The notes under the pieces: model-generated | Told to the model about the DNA's origin: nothing | What the model saw: only the letters and a program-made list of their open reading frames with translations | Databases searched by the model: none | Shown here: piece by piece, positions 28,464-39,055 of the stretch | Numbering within the stretch: position 1 is the stretch's first letter | Layout: each line of letters starts with the position of its first letter | Assembly: GCA_007119965.1 (NCBI GenBank) | Contig: SKOR01000075.1 | Location: 9,471 to 73,470, forward strand | Source: Syntrophomonadaceae bacterium | GTDB taxonomy: Bacteria > Bacillota > Dethiobacteria > DTU022 | Reading direction: 5' to 3' | DNA length: 64,000 nt | Translations under genes and position numbers: made by a program

Positions 28464-29870
28464 ATGCACATAATTATTGTCGGCGGAGGCGGGGTAGGCT
28501 ATGAACTGGCCCGAAACCTTTCTGAAAAGGCCCAGGATGTCGTTGTCGTAGAGAAAAACGAAGCCAAAGCGAGGCGTTTTAAAGAGGCTCTAGACGTCCT
28601 GGTTATAGTAGATAACGGGGCCAATGCTGCCGTCCTGGAGCAGGCAGATGTTAAAAATGCCGACATGCTGATCGCTGTCACCCAGGTTGACGAAGTTAAT
28701 ATTATTGCCTGCATGCTGGCCAAGCAGTATGATGTGCCGATCACGGTCTGCCGGATCCGTAATTCAGGTTATGCGGGTGATGCCTCGGTATTAACCCCCA
28801 AGCAGCTCGGTATCGATATAGTAATTAACCCTGAGCGGGTTGCTGCCATGGAAATCTCGAAGATGCTGCATTTCCCCGATGCAGCGGAAGTAGAATACTT
28901 TAACCACGGCAAAGTTATGATGCTCGGAGTTGTTGTCGGTTCCGAAGCAGGTATTACAGGAGTGCCCCTCAGGAAACTGCCGATAAGCGCAGATGCAATT
29001 ATTGTCGGGATCAGCGACCCTGAAGGAAAATTTATAGTGCCCGGCGGTGACGATGTAGTCAAGCCCGGCAATAAAATATATATGCTGGGCAACTCCCATA
29101 CTTTAAAAGATATCAGTTCTCTATTGCACCATGAAAAGACCAGGATCAGCCAGGTGAGCATCCTCGGCGGCGGTATGATTGGCCGGCAGCTGGCCCGGCT
29201 TCTGGAGAGCAGTAAGCAGCCGTTTACCGTTAAGCTGATTGAAAAAAATATAGATCGCTGCGAAGAACTGTGCCGGGATTTGGACAAAACCCTGGTTATC
29301 CAGGGCGATGCTACCGAAATTGCCATGCTCAAGGAAGAAGATACCGACTGGGCCGATGCAGTCATTGCGGCAACCGGCGATGACCGCAATAATATCGTTG
29401 CCGCGCTCCTGGCCCGTCAGTTCGGGGTTAAGAAAATAATCTGCGAAGTGATGAAGCCCCAGTATGTGTCTGTTTACAATGCCCTGGGTATCGACAGCGT
29501 CATTAACCCCCGTCTGCTGGCGGCGGCCCAGATCCTCAGGTTAACCCGCAGAGAAGACATTGTTGCCTTTTCAATACTACAGGATGAAAAAGCAGAAGTT
29601 ATTGAAATAATACTGCCTGAATCGGCTAAAGTAGCCAACAAAAAAGTATTGGCGGCCGGGTTGCCCCGCGGGATGCTGATCGGCTCCATTGTCCGTAATA
29701 ATGAAGTGATCATTCCCAACGGCAACACGTTATTGCTGCCTGACGATCACCTGGTCATATTTGCCATACCCAGCGTCAGCGCAAAACTTGATCGCTACTT
29801 TGCCCCTGCATCAGCAAAAGAAGACAGGGAGTATATTCGCAACAAGTTGATTCATTTAGAAGAAAGCTGA
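28464..29870 (+). CDS. trkA: Trk potassium uptake protein TrkA (two tandem RCK NAD-binding domains)
   Basis: Two GxGxxG Rossmann motifs (IIVGGGGVGYELA and ILGGGMIGRQLA) and RCK_C domains. Confidence 0.85.
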   Translation: MHIIIVGGGGVGYELARNLSEKAQDVVVVEKNEAKARRFKEALDVLVIVDNGANAAVLEQADVKNADMLIAVTQVDEVNIIACMLAKQYDVPITVCRIRNSGYAGDASVLTPKQLGIDIVINPERVAAMEISKMLHFPDAAEVEYFNHGKVMMLGVVVGSEAGITGVPLRKLPISADAIIVGISDPEGKFIVPGGDDVVKPGNKIYMLGNSHTLKDISSLLHHEKTRISQVSILGGGMIGRQLARLLESSKQPFTVKLIEKNIDRCEELCRDLDKTLVIQGDATEIAMLKEEDTDWADAVIAATGDDRNNIVAALLARQFGVKKIICEVMKPQYVSVYNALGIDSVINPRLLAAAQILRLTRREDIVAFSILQDEKAEVIEIILPESAKVANKKVLAAGLPRGMLIGSIVRNNEVIIPNGNTLLLPDDHLVIFAIPSVSAKLDRYFAPASAKEDREYIRNKLIHLEES

Positions 29871-29925
29871 TTTCCCTGTTCTGCAGACGGGAGAATCAGC
29901 GTTTAGCAGGCAGGGAGGTTCGCCC

Positions 29926-31401
29926 ATGCGCCATATTCGCATTTTTTACCTGCTCGGCATACTGCTTCTTTTCTTAGCCCTGGCCATGTTCCTGTCAGCT
30001 CTCTGGTCTCTGGGGGCACAGGGTCCCGACCGGCTCGCCTTTTTTACGGCAATTCTGATTACGGCTTCTGTCGGCGGTATAGTTTACTGGTTTTTCTCCC
30101 CCTCAAAAGGTAAAGAGTTGAGCATCGTTGAAAATTTTACCCTTGTTACCATGGCCTGGTTTGCAGCCGGCATATTCGGCGCATTGCCCTATCATTTTTA
30201 CGGTGTTTTTGACGGCAATTACCTGCATGCATTTTTTGAAGCCGTATCAGGCTTTACCACTACAGGGGCCACCCTGATAGAGGATATCGAAACTTTACCC
30301 CGCGGAATATTGCTCTGGCGCAGCTTGACACAGTGGCTGGGCGGCATGGGCATTATAGTTCTCTTCCTGGCCATCCTGCCCCGTTTCGGCTTCCGCAGCA
30401 TGACCATGTTCAAAGCCGAACTTCCGGGGCCTGTTGCGGAAAGGGTTGTGCCGCGGGTTGTGGAAACCGCCCGCCGGCTCTGGCTGATTTATGTAGCTTT
30501 AACCCTGGCCCAGATACTGTTTTTATTACTCAGCGGGCTGGGCTTCTATGATTCACTGTGCCATGCCCTGACTACCATGCCTACCGGCGGGTTTTCAACT
30601 TATAACGGCAGCATCGCCGCTTTCAATAACCCGATGGCTGAAATCGTGATCATCTTTTTTATGCTCCTTGCAGGGATTAACTTTGCCCTTTATTTCCGGT
30701 TGATGCGCGGGGATTTTCAAATTGTAAAAAACCCTGAATTGCGTTTTTACCTTGCCGTGATTGCTGCCGGCATCGCCCTGGTTACAATCAATACCTATGA
30801 TCTTGCAGCTGGCGATTTCTTCCTCGTTTTGCGCCAGAGCGCATTCCAGGTGGTTTCTATCACAACCACCACAGGTTATGCCACGGCAGATTTTGATCTC
30901 TGGCCCAGTTTTTCACGTCTCTTTTTACTTTTTATGATGTTCTTCGGCGCCTGCGGCGGATCGACGGGCGGTTCAATGAAGCAGGTTCGCTGGATGCTGA
31001 TGTTCAAATATGCTTTGCGTGAGCTGCGCATGGTTATTCATCCCTCGGCAATATCCTCAGTTAAATTGGGTGAACATTCTGTCAGCGCCGAAGTGCTCCG
31101 TCCTGTTATGGGATTCGGATTTATCTATATTACGTTAACGGCCCTGGCTACACTGGCCCTGGCATTTATGGGGCTTGATTTTGAGACGGCATTTTCTGCC
31201 GTTGCGGCAACAATCGGTAATGTCGGTCCCGGCCTGGGCGGAGTTGGCCCGGTGGAGACTTACCTGGTCATTCCGCCTGCAGGGCAGTTCCTTTTAACCG
31301 TAATGATGGTTGTCGGCCGCCTTGAAATATACACCGTCCTGGTTATATTTCTGCCCGAATCAAGGCGACTCTGGATGAGAAATATAAGGAAGAAAGGGTA
31401 A
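29926..31401 (+). CDS. trkH: Trk potassium uptake membrane protein TrkH
   Basis: 491-aa polytopic membrane protein with TrkH/KtrB pore-loop glycine motifs (TTTGAT, TTTGYAT). Confidence 0.85.
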   Translation: MRHIRIFYLLGILLLFLALAMFLSALWSLGAQGPDRLAFFTAILITASVGGIVYWFFSPSKGKELSIVENFTLVTMAWFAAGIFGALPYHFYGVFDGNYLHAFFEAVSGFTTTGATLIEDIETLPRGILLWRSLTQWLGGMGIIVLFLAILPRFGFRSMTMFKAELPGPVAERVVPRVVETARRLWLIYVALTLAQILFLLLSGLGFYDSLCHALTTMPTGGFSTYNGSIAAFNNPMAEIVIIFFMLLAGINFALYFRLMRGDFQIVKNPELRFYLAVIAAGIALVTINTYDLAAGDFFLVLRQSAFQVVSITTTTGYATADFDLWPSFSRLFLLFMMFFGACGGSTGGSMKQVRWMLMFKYALRELRMVIHPSAISSVKLGEHSVSAEVLRPVMGFGFIYITLTALATLALAFMGLDFETAFSAVAATIGNVGPGLGGVGPVETYLVIPPAGQFLLTVMMVVGRLEIYTVLVIFLPESRRLWMRNIRKKG

Positions 31402-31406
31402 CCTCC

Positions 31407-32498
31407 ATGCTGTCTTACCAGGCTCTTGTTAACAAGATTAAGCAGGGTAACTTTGCCCCGGTCTACCTGTTTTACGGTGAGGAGAAATACCTGCAGGAAG
31501 AACTCGCCCGTTTTGTATCTGCAGCATTCCTGCAGCAGGAAAGTGACTTTGGACTGGAAAAGTTGGCCGGCAATACGCTCAGTTTGGAAGAGGTGTTGCG
31601 CAGGCTCGGTGAAACCGGTTTATTTGCATCGCGCCGTCTGTTGATTATAGATAACCCGCCTTATCTTACCCCGCCCAAAAAAGCAGAAGAAAAAGCCGGC
31701 CCCTGGGACGAGGGGACCGGCGAGAGTCCGGAAAAGTCCGGTATTGACCTGCTGGACAGGTATCTTGAACAGGCTGGTCGGGACGACCCGGACAGTTTGC
31801 TGGTTTTCCTTGCGGAGAGGGTAGATCGCCGCAAAAAACTATTTAAGCTGATCGATAAGAAGGGGGCCGCTGTGGAATGCAGCCCTCTTAAGGGGGAAGC
31901 GCTGGCTGCCTGGATCAGGAATAAAGTATCTGCCCTCGGCAAGAAAATTGAGCGGCCCGCACTGGAAAGGCTGCTCGCAGCGGGAGACCATAACCTGCAT
32001 TACCTTTCCGGTGAGCTGGAAAAATATTGTACCTCTCTGGGCGAAGATCAGGAATTGATTACCGCCCGGACAGTAGAAGCCCTTTTTTCAGGAGATATTC
32101 AGGGTGATGTCTTTAAATTGTCCGATGCCATGGCCGAGGGCAATATGGCCGGGGCTCACAGCCTGCTGGACTTGTTGTTGAGGCGCCGTGAAAAACCGCT
32201 CCTGATCTTTTTCATGCTGGTCCGTCATTACCGCCTTCTTTTACAGGCTCACTGCCTGATGGAAGACGGCCTGCCCCAGAATGAGTTCGTTTCCACTCTG
32301 GAAGTACATCCTTTTGTCGCCCGTAAGTTGAGGGAACAGGCAGTTTCATACGACAGGCATACCCTGGAAGAGGTGATCCTGGCCCTGCAGAAAGCGGATC
32401 AACAGATCAAAACAGGCCGCATAGAACCTTCCCAGGCCCTGAAATTAATTTTAAGCAGGATTGATTATGTTCAAAGTACTGACTGCAGTGGTGTATAA
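31407..32498 (+). CDS. holA: DNA polymerase III delta subunit
   Basis: N-terminal FAPVYLFYGEE motif and 363 aa length typical of HolA. Confidence 0.8.
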   Translation: MLSYQALVNKIKQGNFAPVYLFYGEEKYLQEELARFVSAAFLQQESDFGLEKLAGNTLSLEEVLRRLGETGLFASRRLLIIDNPPYLTPPKKAEEKAGPWDEGTGESPEKSGIDLLDRYLEQAGRDDPDSLLVFLAERVDRRKKLFKLIDKKGAAVECSPLKGEALAAWIRNKVSALGKKIERPALERLLAAGDHNLHYLSGELEKYCTSLGEDQELITARTVEALFSGDIQGDVFKLSDAMAEGNMAGAHSLLDLLLRRREKPLLIFFMLVRHYRLLLQAHCLMEDGLPQNEFVSTLEVHPFVARKLREQAVSYDRHTLEEVILALQKADQQIKTGRIEPSQALKLILSRIDYVQSTDCSGV

Positions 32499-32524
32499 TA
32501 TAACAAACGGGGATTTAGAGGTTC

Positions 32525-33076
32525 ATGATCAGGGAAGGAGTGGTGTATGTGGAGAACAGGCCGAAGGTTGATAAAGAGAAAATTATCCAGGAAGTATACA
32601 GGCGGGGATATGAGTACGAACAGCGCTACGATGGCTGTGCTCAGTGTGTCGTCGGGGCTATTCAGGATTACTTCCCAATCAACAATGCTATATTTAAAGC
32701 GGCAACTTCTTTTTCCGGAGGCATAGCTTCAACAATCGAAGGCCCCTGCGGGGCTTTCAGCGGAGGGGTTTTGGTTCTCAGCTACTTTTTCGGGCGCTCC
32801 CGTGACGATTTTTCAGATATTGGCATGCTGCGCCGTCCCGGGCCGCTGGTGCGGGTATTCTGGGACCGCTTTGTCAAAGAATACGGCGGGTCCACCTGCA
32901 GGCAGGTCCAAACTCATCTTTTCGGCCAGGCTTACCGGTTTCTGGACAATGAAGAATACTATCAGTATGAAGAAGCAGGCGGGGTTAAGGATAAGTGCCC
33001 GGCCGTGGTCGGCCTGTCCGGGGCCTGGTTGGCGGAACTGCTTATAGATAATAACGTGCCCTGTTTAAAATCCTAA
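32525..33076 (+). CDS. C_GCAxxG_C_C family putative redox-active protein
   Basis: CAQCV ... GPCGAFSGG motif arrangement characteristic of the family. Confidence 0.65.
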   Translation: MIREGVVYVENRPKVDKEKIIQEVYRRGYEYEQRYDGCAQCVVGAIQDYFPINNAIFKAATSFSGGIASTIEGPCGAFSGGVLVLSYFFGRSRDDFSDIGMLRRPGPLVRVFWDRFVKEYGGSTCRQVQTHLFGQAYRFLDNEEYYQYEEAGGVKDKCPAVVGLSGAWLAELLIDNNVPCLKS

Positions 33077-33143
33077 CATCATCAAAAAAACGCTGTCCTG
33101 CTGTAACTTGCTTTCATTGAAAAGCCTGCCCGGGATAAAAAAC

Positions 33144-33190
33144 AAAACCGACCTGCAGTCCATTATTAACTAAGGACAAGGGTCGGTTTT
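33144..33190. terminator. Bidirectional terminator between convergent genes (C_GCAxxG gene and rpsT)
   Basis: aaaaccgacc / ggtcggtttt is a 10-bp stem with an inner gtcc/ggac pair, flanked by an A run on one side and a T run on the other. Confidence 0.55.
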
Positions 33191-33226
33191 AACATTTTCC
33201 AGCCTGGAGAAGCTTAAATAAAAAAT

Positions 33227-33496
33227 TTATACGGCATCACTTCTGTTAAAAACTCTGTTCAGGTGCGATTTCTTACGGGCCGCATTGTTCTTATGCATGA
33301 TACCTTTAGACTGAGCTTTATCAATCTGGCGGACTGCCGCATTCAGTTTAACCCGGGCATCTTCACGGTCTCCGCTATCCATGGATTCTTCAAAACGGCG
33401 GATGGAAGTCTTGAGCATGCTCTTGACTCGCCGGTTGCGCTCTTCGCGTTTGATGTTTTGTCTGACTCTTTTTGCAGCCGATTTACTATTAGGCAA
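33227..33496 (-). CDS. rpsT: 30S ribosomal protein S20
   Basis: MPNSKSAAKRVRQNIKREERNRRVKS is the conserved N-terminus. Confidence 0.9.
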   Translation of the reverse strand: MPNSKSAAKRVRQNIKREERNRRVKSMLKTSIRRFEESMDSGDREDARVKLNAAVRQIDKAQSKGIMHKNNAARKKSHLNRVFNRSDAV

Positions 33497-33644
33497 ACTT
33501 ATAACCTCCTTCCTGTGCTTAAAGGCAATAAAATACTATCATCAGTACCGGTAAAATGCAAGCCCTAGTTACAATTTTTCTGACAGGAAGGAGTAAAATG
33601 TACGGATATCGAAGTAAGCAATTGCTGTTGACGATCCGGAAAGG

Positions 33645-35234
33645 ATGAGTATCTTGAAGATATTGAGCAGTGCTTCAATGAGAGAGGTCGACCGGCGGAC
33701 TATTGAAGAGTTTGGCATGCCCGGTTCCGTGTTAATGGAGACAGCAGGCATGCGGGTAGCCGAGTTTGTATTTACAAAAATGCCGAAGCAGGCCCGGGTT
33801 GTAATTCTGGCCGGCCGGGGCAATAACGGCGGTGATGGCCTTGTTGCAGCCCGCCTCTTGAGTAGGGCCGGTTACCGGGTATCTCTCTGGTGTACGGCTA
33901 AGTCCGGGAGTTTCAGGGCTGAAGCGGGCGCGAACGAAAAATATTTAAAGAAGTCAGATTTTCCTGTCCGGTACATCTCAGCCGGTTCAGATCTTGATTG
34001 TGTAAAAGAAGATCTTCTATGCGCGGATTTGCTGATCGATGCCCTTCTCGGTATCGGCACCAATCGTGAAGTATCCGGCATAATGGCGGACCTGATCGGC
34101 CTGGTTAACGATTGCGGCGCACCTGTCCTGGCCCTGGATATCCCTTCGGGGATAAATGCCGATACCGGGGCAGTTATGGGCAGCGCCGTCAGGGCGGACT
34201 GGACGATTACTTTTTCCAACCCCAAGCTGGGCATGCTGTTCCACCCCGGGGCCGGCCTGTCAGGAGAAATCATCGTCGCTGATATTAATGTTCCTGAATC
34301 GCTTCTGGCTGGTGAACCCGTTACCCTGGTAACTGCTTCATTTGTCAGGAATAAACTGCCGGCCAGACCTGCTGATGCCCATAAGGGCAGTGTGGGCCGT
34401 GTTTTGATCGTGGCAGGTTCGCCGGGAATGACCGGGGCAGCTGTACTGACTGCTGAATCGGCACTAAAAGGCGGGGCCGGCCTGGTCTATTTAGCCGCCC
34501 CCGGGAGCGTCTGCTCAGCGCTTGAGGCGAAACTGACGGAAGTTATAATCGTTCCACTGCCTGAACAGGAGAGAGGCATAATCAGCCCGGGGGCCGCGGA
34601 AATAATAATCGAGAAAGCCAGGCAGTGTGACGCCCTGGCGATCGGGCCCGGGCTTGATACAGGTAACGTAACGGCAGATCTTTTATACAAACTGGTTCAG
34701 CTCAGCCCTGTCCCGCTGGTTTTAGATGCGGGAGCACTGACCGCACTGGGCAAGAAGATGAATATGCTGCGTTCGGCCAGGCACCTGCCTGTAATTACGC
34801 CGCACCCGGGTGAAATGGCTCGTATGACAGGAGTGTCGGCGGGAGAGGTCCAGAGCAGCCGCCTTGATGTGGCGATGAAAAATACCCGCCTCTGGGAATG
34901 TATTATCATGCTAAAAGGACCGAATACAGTTGTATCCGCGCCTGACGGCAGCGCCTCGGTAAACCCCACCGGCAACCAATCTCTTTCCACCGCCGGCTCA
35001 GGCGATCTGCTGACCGGCCTGGTTGCTTCCTTTATTGCCCAGGGAATGTCATCGGAAGATGCGGCCAGGGCCGGGGCTTTCATGCACGGCCTGGCCGGAG
35101 ACATGGTCTCGCCGGGCCGCGGGCATATGGCCCGTGACGTTCTCGCCAACTACAAGGCTGCATTCCGCTGCCTTGAACAGTGTGACCAATCCTATGAGGG
35201 GAATCCTTACCTTACCAGGATAAGGCCTGTATAA
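33645..35234 (+). CDS. nnr: Bifunctional NAD(P)H-hydrate repair enzyme Nnr (epimerase plus ADP-dependent dehydratase; YjeF N/C)
   Basis: An YjeF_N domain (VVILAGRGNNGGDGLVAARLL) followed by a carbohydrate-kinase-like C-terminal domain (GSGDLLTG). Confidence 0.85.
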   Translation: MSILKILSSASMREVDRRTIEEFGMPGSVLMETAGMRVAEFVFTKMPKQARVVILAGRGNNGGDGLVAARLLSRAGYRVSLWCTAKSGSFRAEAGANEKYLKKSDFPVRYISAGSDLDCVKEDLLCADLLIDALLGIGTNREVSGIMADLIGLVNDCGAPVLALDIPSGINADTGAVMGSAVRADWTITFSNPKLGMLFHPGAGLSGEIIVADINVPESLLAGEPVTLVTASFVRNKLPARPADAHKGSVGRVLIVAGSPGMTGAAVLTAESALKGGAGLVYLAAPGSVCSALEAKLTEVIIVPLPEQERGIISPGAAEIIIEKARQCDALAIGPGLDTGNVTADLLYKLVQLSPVPLVLDAGALTALGKKMNMLRSARHLPVITPHPGEMARMTGVSAGEVQSSRLDVAMKNTRLWECIIMLKGPNTVVSAPDGSASVNPTGNQSLSTAGSGDLLTGLVASFIAQGMSSEDAARAGAFMHGLAGDMVSPGRGHMARDVLANYKAAFRCLEQCDQSYEGNPYLTRIRPV

Positions 35235-35255
35235 AAACTTTGGAGGGGATTCAAA

Positions 35256-36494
35256 ATGCTTGACTGCCTGATGACATCTGAAGAAAAATCATTGCGTGAA
35301 GAAGTGCGCGCCTTTGTCAGGGATGATGTTGACAAGCAAATGCTGCGCGATATGGACGAAGAAAAAATCCGTTATCCCCGCGAATTCCTGGAAAAAGCTG
35401 CCGCCCGGGGCCTGCTCGGCCTGCGTTTTCCGGAAAAATACGGAGGGCGGGGTATGCCCTGGACTTCTGAAATAGTTGCCCTGGAGGAAGTAGGTGTTCT
35501 CGGGACATCACTGGGCTGCCTTTATTCCCTGGTCAGCATTGTTGGTGAGGCGATTGAAAAATTCGGTTCAGAAATGCTGAAAGAAAAATACCTGCGCCCG
35601 ACCATCGAAGGGCGCCTGACAGCGGCGGAAGCGCTGACCGAACCACGCGGGGGATCAGATTTTTTCGGAGCGACCTGTACGGCCGTTAAAGACGGAGACC
35701 ACTATATCTTAAACGGCCAAAAACGTTTTGTGGTCGGCTCTGAAGGAGCAGATTACTTCATGGTTTATGCCCGTACTGACAGCAACGCTCATCCGCACAA
35801 ATCGATCAGCGCTTTTCTGGTTGACCGCTGTCCGGAAGTTAAGGCCGAGTATCTTTACGGGTTGATGGGTACGCGCGGCGGGGGAACCGGCCGGCTGGTC
35901 TTTAAAGATGTTCGCGTGCCCGCAGAAAACCTGCTTGGGGAGGAGAACAACGGTTCGGCGATTTTTTACCAGATGATGATCCCCGAGCGCATGACCAGTG
36001 CTGGCGGTGCTGTAGGCATGGGCAGGGCTGCCCTGGATGTGGCGGCCCGTTACAGCACCAGGCGTAAAGCATTCGGAACGGAAATAAAAAATTTCCAGGG
36101 GGTCAGTTTTAAAGTGGCCGACAGCGTGACCCTGCTGGATGCGGCCAGGGGCATCGTTTACCTGGCGGCCCGTTCCGTCGATGCCGGCGATCCGGCAGGC
36201 AGGACAAGGCGTTTTGTTTCCGAGGCAAAAAAAGTGGCGACTGAAAATGCCTGGAAGGTGGTTAATAACGCTATGCAGGTGATGGGTGGTATCGGATATT
36301 CAAATGTTTACCCCATTGAAAAAATGCTCCGTGATGTCCGCCTGATCATGATCTGGACCGGAACAAATGAAATTATGGATCTGATTATCCAGCACGAATA
36401 TTACAAAGAAATCGCTAAAGAAGGTTTTAAGGGACGCGATATTGAGTTCGACGCCATCGAGGCCGATAAAGTTGACGAAAAGATCTACGAATAA
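35256..36494 (+). CDS. Acyl-CoA dehydrogenase family protein
   Basis: ACAD N, middle and C domains, with the catalytic Glu region near the C-terminus (MGGIGYS). Confidence 0.85.
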   Translation: MLDCLMTSEEKSLREEVRAFVRDDVDKQMLRDMDEEKIRYPREFLEKAAARGLLGLRFPEKYGGRGMPWTSEIVALEEVGVLGTSLGCLYSLVSIVGEAIEKFGSEMLKEKYLRPTIEGRLTAAEALTEPRGGSDFFGATCTAVKDGDHYILNGQKRFVVGSEGADYFMVYARTDSNAHPHKSISAFLVDRCPEVKAEYLYGLMGTRGGGTGRLVFKDVRVPAENLLGEENNGSAIFYQMMIPERMTSAGGAVGMGRAALDVAARYSTRRKAFGTEIKNFQGVSFKVADSVTLLDAARGIVYLAARSVDAGDPAGRTRRFVSEAKKVATENAWKVVNNAMQVMGGIGYSNVYPIEKMLRDVRLIMIWTGTNEIMDLIIQHEYYKEIAKEGFKGRDIEFDAIEADKVDEKIYE

Positions 36495-36515
36495 ACAGGA
36501 GGCGTAGCACAGGCG

Positions 36516-37805
36516 ATGGATAAAGGTATAGTAAAAATCGGTTTATTAGGCATCGGGACTATCGGGAGCGGTGTTGTAACCCTCCTGAAAAAAAACGGCA
36601 GGGCAATAAGTGAAAAAATAGATGTGGACCTGGTCCTCGAAAAAGTAGTGGATCGCGATCCTGCAAAGCTGCAGTCCCTCGGGCTACCTGAAGAAACAAT
36701 CACCACCAAGGCTGCGGATGTCCTGGAAGACCCCGAAATAGATGTGGTGATCGAGCTGATCGGCGGCATTGAACCGGCTCGCAGCATGATCATTGCCGCG
36801 CTCGACAATGACAAGCATGTTGTCACGGCTAACAAGGATTTAATAGCTTCCCATGGTGAAGAACTGCTGGCCATAGCCCGTGATAAGAACCTGAACATCT
36901 ATTATGAGGCCAGCGTAGGCGGTGGCATTCCGCTGATCCGTCCCCTGAAGCAAAGCCTCGTTGCCGACAGGATTCACCGCCTGGTCGGGATTGTCAACGG
37001 GACGACCAACTATATATTTACCCGCATGGATCAGGACAATCTAAGCCTGGAAGATGCCCTCCTGGAAGCGCAAAAACGGGGCTTTGCCGAATCTGATCCG
37101 TCAAACGATATTGAGGGTCGCGATGCAGCCTACAAGCTGATAATCATGAGCGGCCTAGCCTTCAGCAGCAGTATCGAACCGGACCAGGTCCACGTTGAGG
37201 GAATCGGCGGCGTTACCTATGAAGATATTGCTTATGCGCGCGAGATTGGTTATGCTGTAAAACTGTTGGCCATAGGCGAAAAACTGCCTGCAGGCCTGGC
37301 ACTAAGAGTCCATCCGGCGCTCGTGCCCCTGGCCCACCCCCTGGCTGCCGTTTTAAATGAGTTTAACGCGATCTACATCGAAGGTGATGCTGTCGGGGAA
37401 GTGATGTTATACGGCCGGGGAGCAGGGGCCATGCCTACCGCTACGGCGGTCCTGGCCGACGTGGCAGAGGCTGCCCGTTCTATTCACCATCAATGTGTCG
37501 ACACGATGATCGAAGGGACTTTCCACAAAGCGTCATTTGTGCCGATTAAAGATATTAGAACCCGCTTTTACCTGCGTTTTCTTGCCGATGATCGCCCCGG
37601 GGTTTTATCCGCCCTGGCCAATGCTTTTGGCAATGAACAGGTTAGCCTTGATATGGTTATTCAAAAACGCAGTTTTGGAGATACTGCCGAAATAGTGCTG
37701 GTCACCCATTTAGTAAGGGAAGAAGCTTTCCAGAAGGCTCTCGAAAAAGTAATGGCCCTGCCGGCGATTAAACCCAACCCCAGCATGATACGCCTGCTCG
37801 GCTGA
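36516..37805 (+). CDS. hom: Homoserine dehydrogenase with C-terminal ACT domain
   Basis: KIGLLGIGTIGSGV NAD-binding site, HSDH catalytic domain and ACT domain (RFYLRFLADDRPGVLSALA). Confidence 0.9.
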   Translation: MDKGIVKIGLLGIGTIGSGVVTLLKKNGRAISEKIDVDLVLEKVVDRDPAKLQSLGLPEETITTKAADVLEDPEIDVVIELIGGIEPARSMIIAALDNDKHVVTANKDLIASHGEELLAIARDKNLNIYYEASVGGGIPLIRPLKQSLVADRIHRLVGIVNGTTNYIFTRMDQDNLSLEDALLEAQKRGFAESDPSNDIEGRDAAYKLIIMSGLAFSSSIEPDQVHVEGIGGVTYEDIAYAREIGYAVKLLAIGEKLPAGLALRVHPALVPLAHPLAAVLNEFNAIYIEGDAVGEVMLYGRGAGAMPTATAVLADVAEAARSIHHQCVDTMIEGTFHKASFVPIKDIRTRFYLRFLADDRPGVLSALANAFGNEQVSLDMVIQKRSFGDTAEIVLVTHLVREEAFQKALEKVMALPAIKPNPSMIRLLG

Positions 37806-37849
37806 TTCCGGCGGGAAACGCCGAAATAAAATGGCTCAGGGGCAGAAAG

Positions 37850-39055
37850 GTGCAGATCATGGTTCATTCATATTTCTCGGCTCGTCCCGCCTGGGCGGAA
37901 ATAAACCTGGATCACATTGCCCATAATGTGAAACAGTTCAGGCAGCAGATCGGGCCGATGACCCAGATTATGGCTGTAGTAAAAGCCGACGGATACGGAC
38001 ACGGGGCGGCAAAGATTGCTGAAACAGCCCTGCATTCGGGAGCTTCAAGCCTGGCGGTGGCCTTTGTGGAAGAAGCGGTTGAACTGCGCCTTTCCGGCCT
38101 GGATGTGCCGATTCTTCTGCTGGGCTATACCGATCCGTCCCAGTTTTCTTCCCTGGTGCAGTACAGGCTTACCCCCACAGTTTTTGGCTGGGAGACAGCC
38201 CTTAATTTTTCTGCACTGGCAGTGGAGCACGATGTTGTGCTGCCGCTTCACCTGAAAGTGGATACGGGAATGGGCAGGATAGGGCTGCTGCCTGATGAGG
38301 CCGGTGAAGTTGCGGCCAGGGTTGCCCGCCTGCCGGGATTAAAAATTGAAGGTATTTTTACCCACCTTGCGGCAGCCGAAGAGAGCGACGAAACATATAC
38401 CAGGGAGCAGCTTCTGCTGTTCAACCGCATTATTGAAAGCTGCGGGGAAAGCGGGGTTGCATTTCCCCTTGTCCATGCGGCCAACAGCGCTGCGGCAATC
38501 AATCACCCATCTGCCCGCTATAACCTGGTCCGCTTGGGATTGTCCATGTACGGCTGCTATCCCGCCCCGGATCTGGAAGGTAAAGGACCGGAGCTTTTAC
38601 CGGCCCTTACATTTAAAAGCAGGGTTATCCTGGTTAAAGAAGTCCCGGGGGGAAGCGCAATCAGCTATGGCTGCACATACCGAACCGAAAAGGAATCGCT
38701 GATTGCCACTATACCTGTCGGCTACGCCGATGGTTATAACAGGCTGCTTTCAAACAGGGGACATGTTCTAATTCGCGGCTGTCGGGCCCCGGTGGTTGGC
38801 AATGTATGCATGGATCAACTGATGGTTGATGTTACTCACATTCCCGGGGTGCGCTTAAATGATGAAGTGGTTTTATACGGCAGGCAGGGGGCAGAACAGG
38901 TTAGCGTGGAAGAAGCAGCCGGGCAGATTGGGACAATCAACTACGAGCTGCTCTGTGCTGTGGATAAAAGGGTTCCCCGTTACTATTATCAGGAAGGCAA
39001 ACTTTCTTCAATCCTTGATTATATCGGTGAGAGGATCGTCTGCCTGGGCAGCTAA
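37850..39055 (+). CDS. alr: Alanine racemase
   Basis: PLP-binding lysine region (AVVKADGYGHG), RPAWAEINL N-terminus, and C-terminal beta domain. Confidence 0.9.
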   Translation: MQIMVHSYFSARPAWAEINLDHIAHNVKQFRQQIGPMTQIMAVVKADGYGHGAAKIAETALHSGASSLAVAFVEEAVELRLSGLDVPILLLGYTDPSQFSSLVQYRLTPTVFGWETALNFSALAVEHDVVLPLHLKVDTGMGRIGLLPDEAGEVAARVARLPGLKIEGIFTHLAAAEESDETYTREQLLLFNRIIESCGESGVAFPLVHAANSAAAINHPSARYNLVRLGLSMYGCYPAPDLEGKGPELLPALTFKSRVILVKEVPGGSAISYGCTYRTEKESLIATIPVGYADGYNRLLSNRGHVLIRGCRAPVVGNVCMDQLMVDVTHIPGVRLNDEVVLYGRQGAEQVSVEEAAGQIGTINYELLCAVDKRVPRYYYQEGKLSSILDYIGERIVCLGS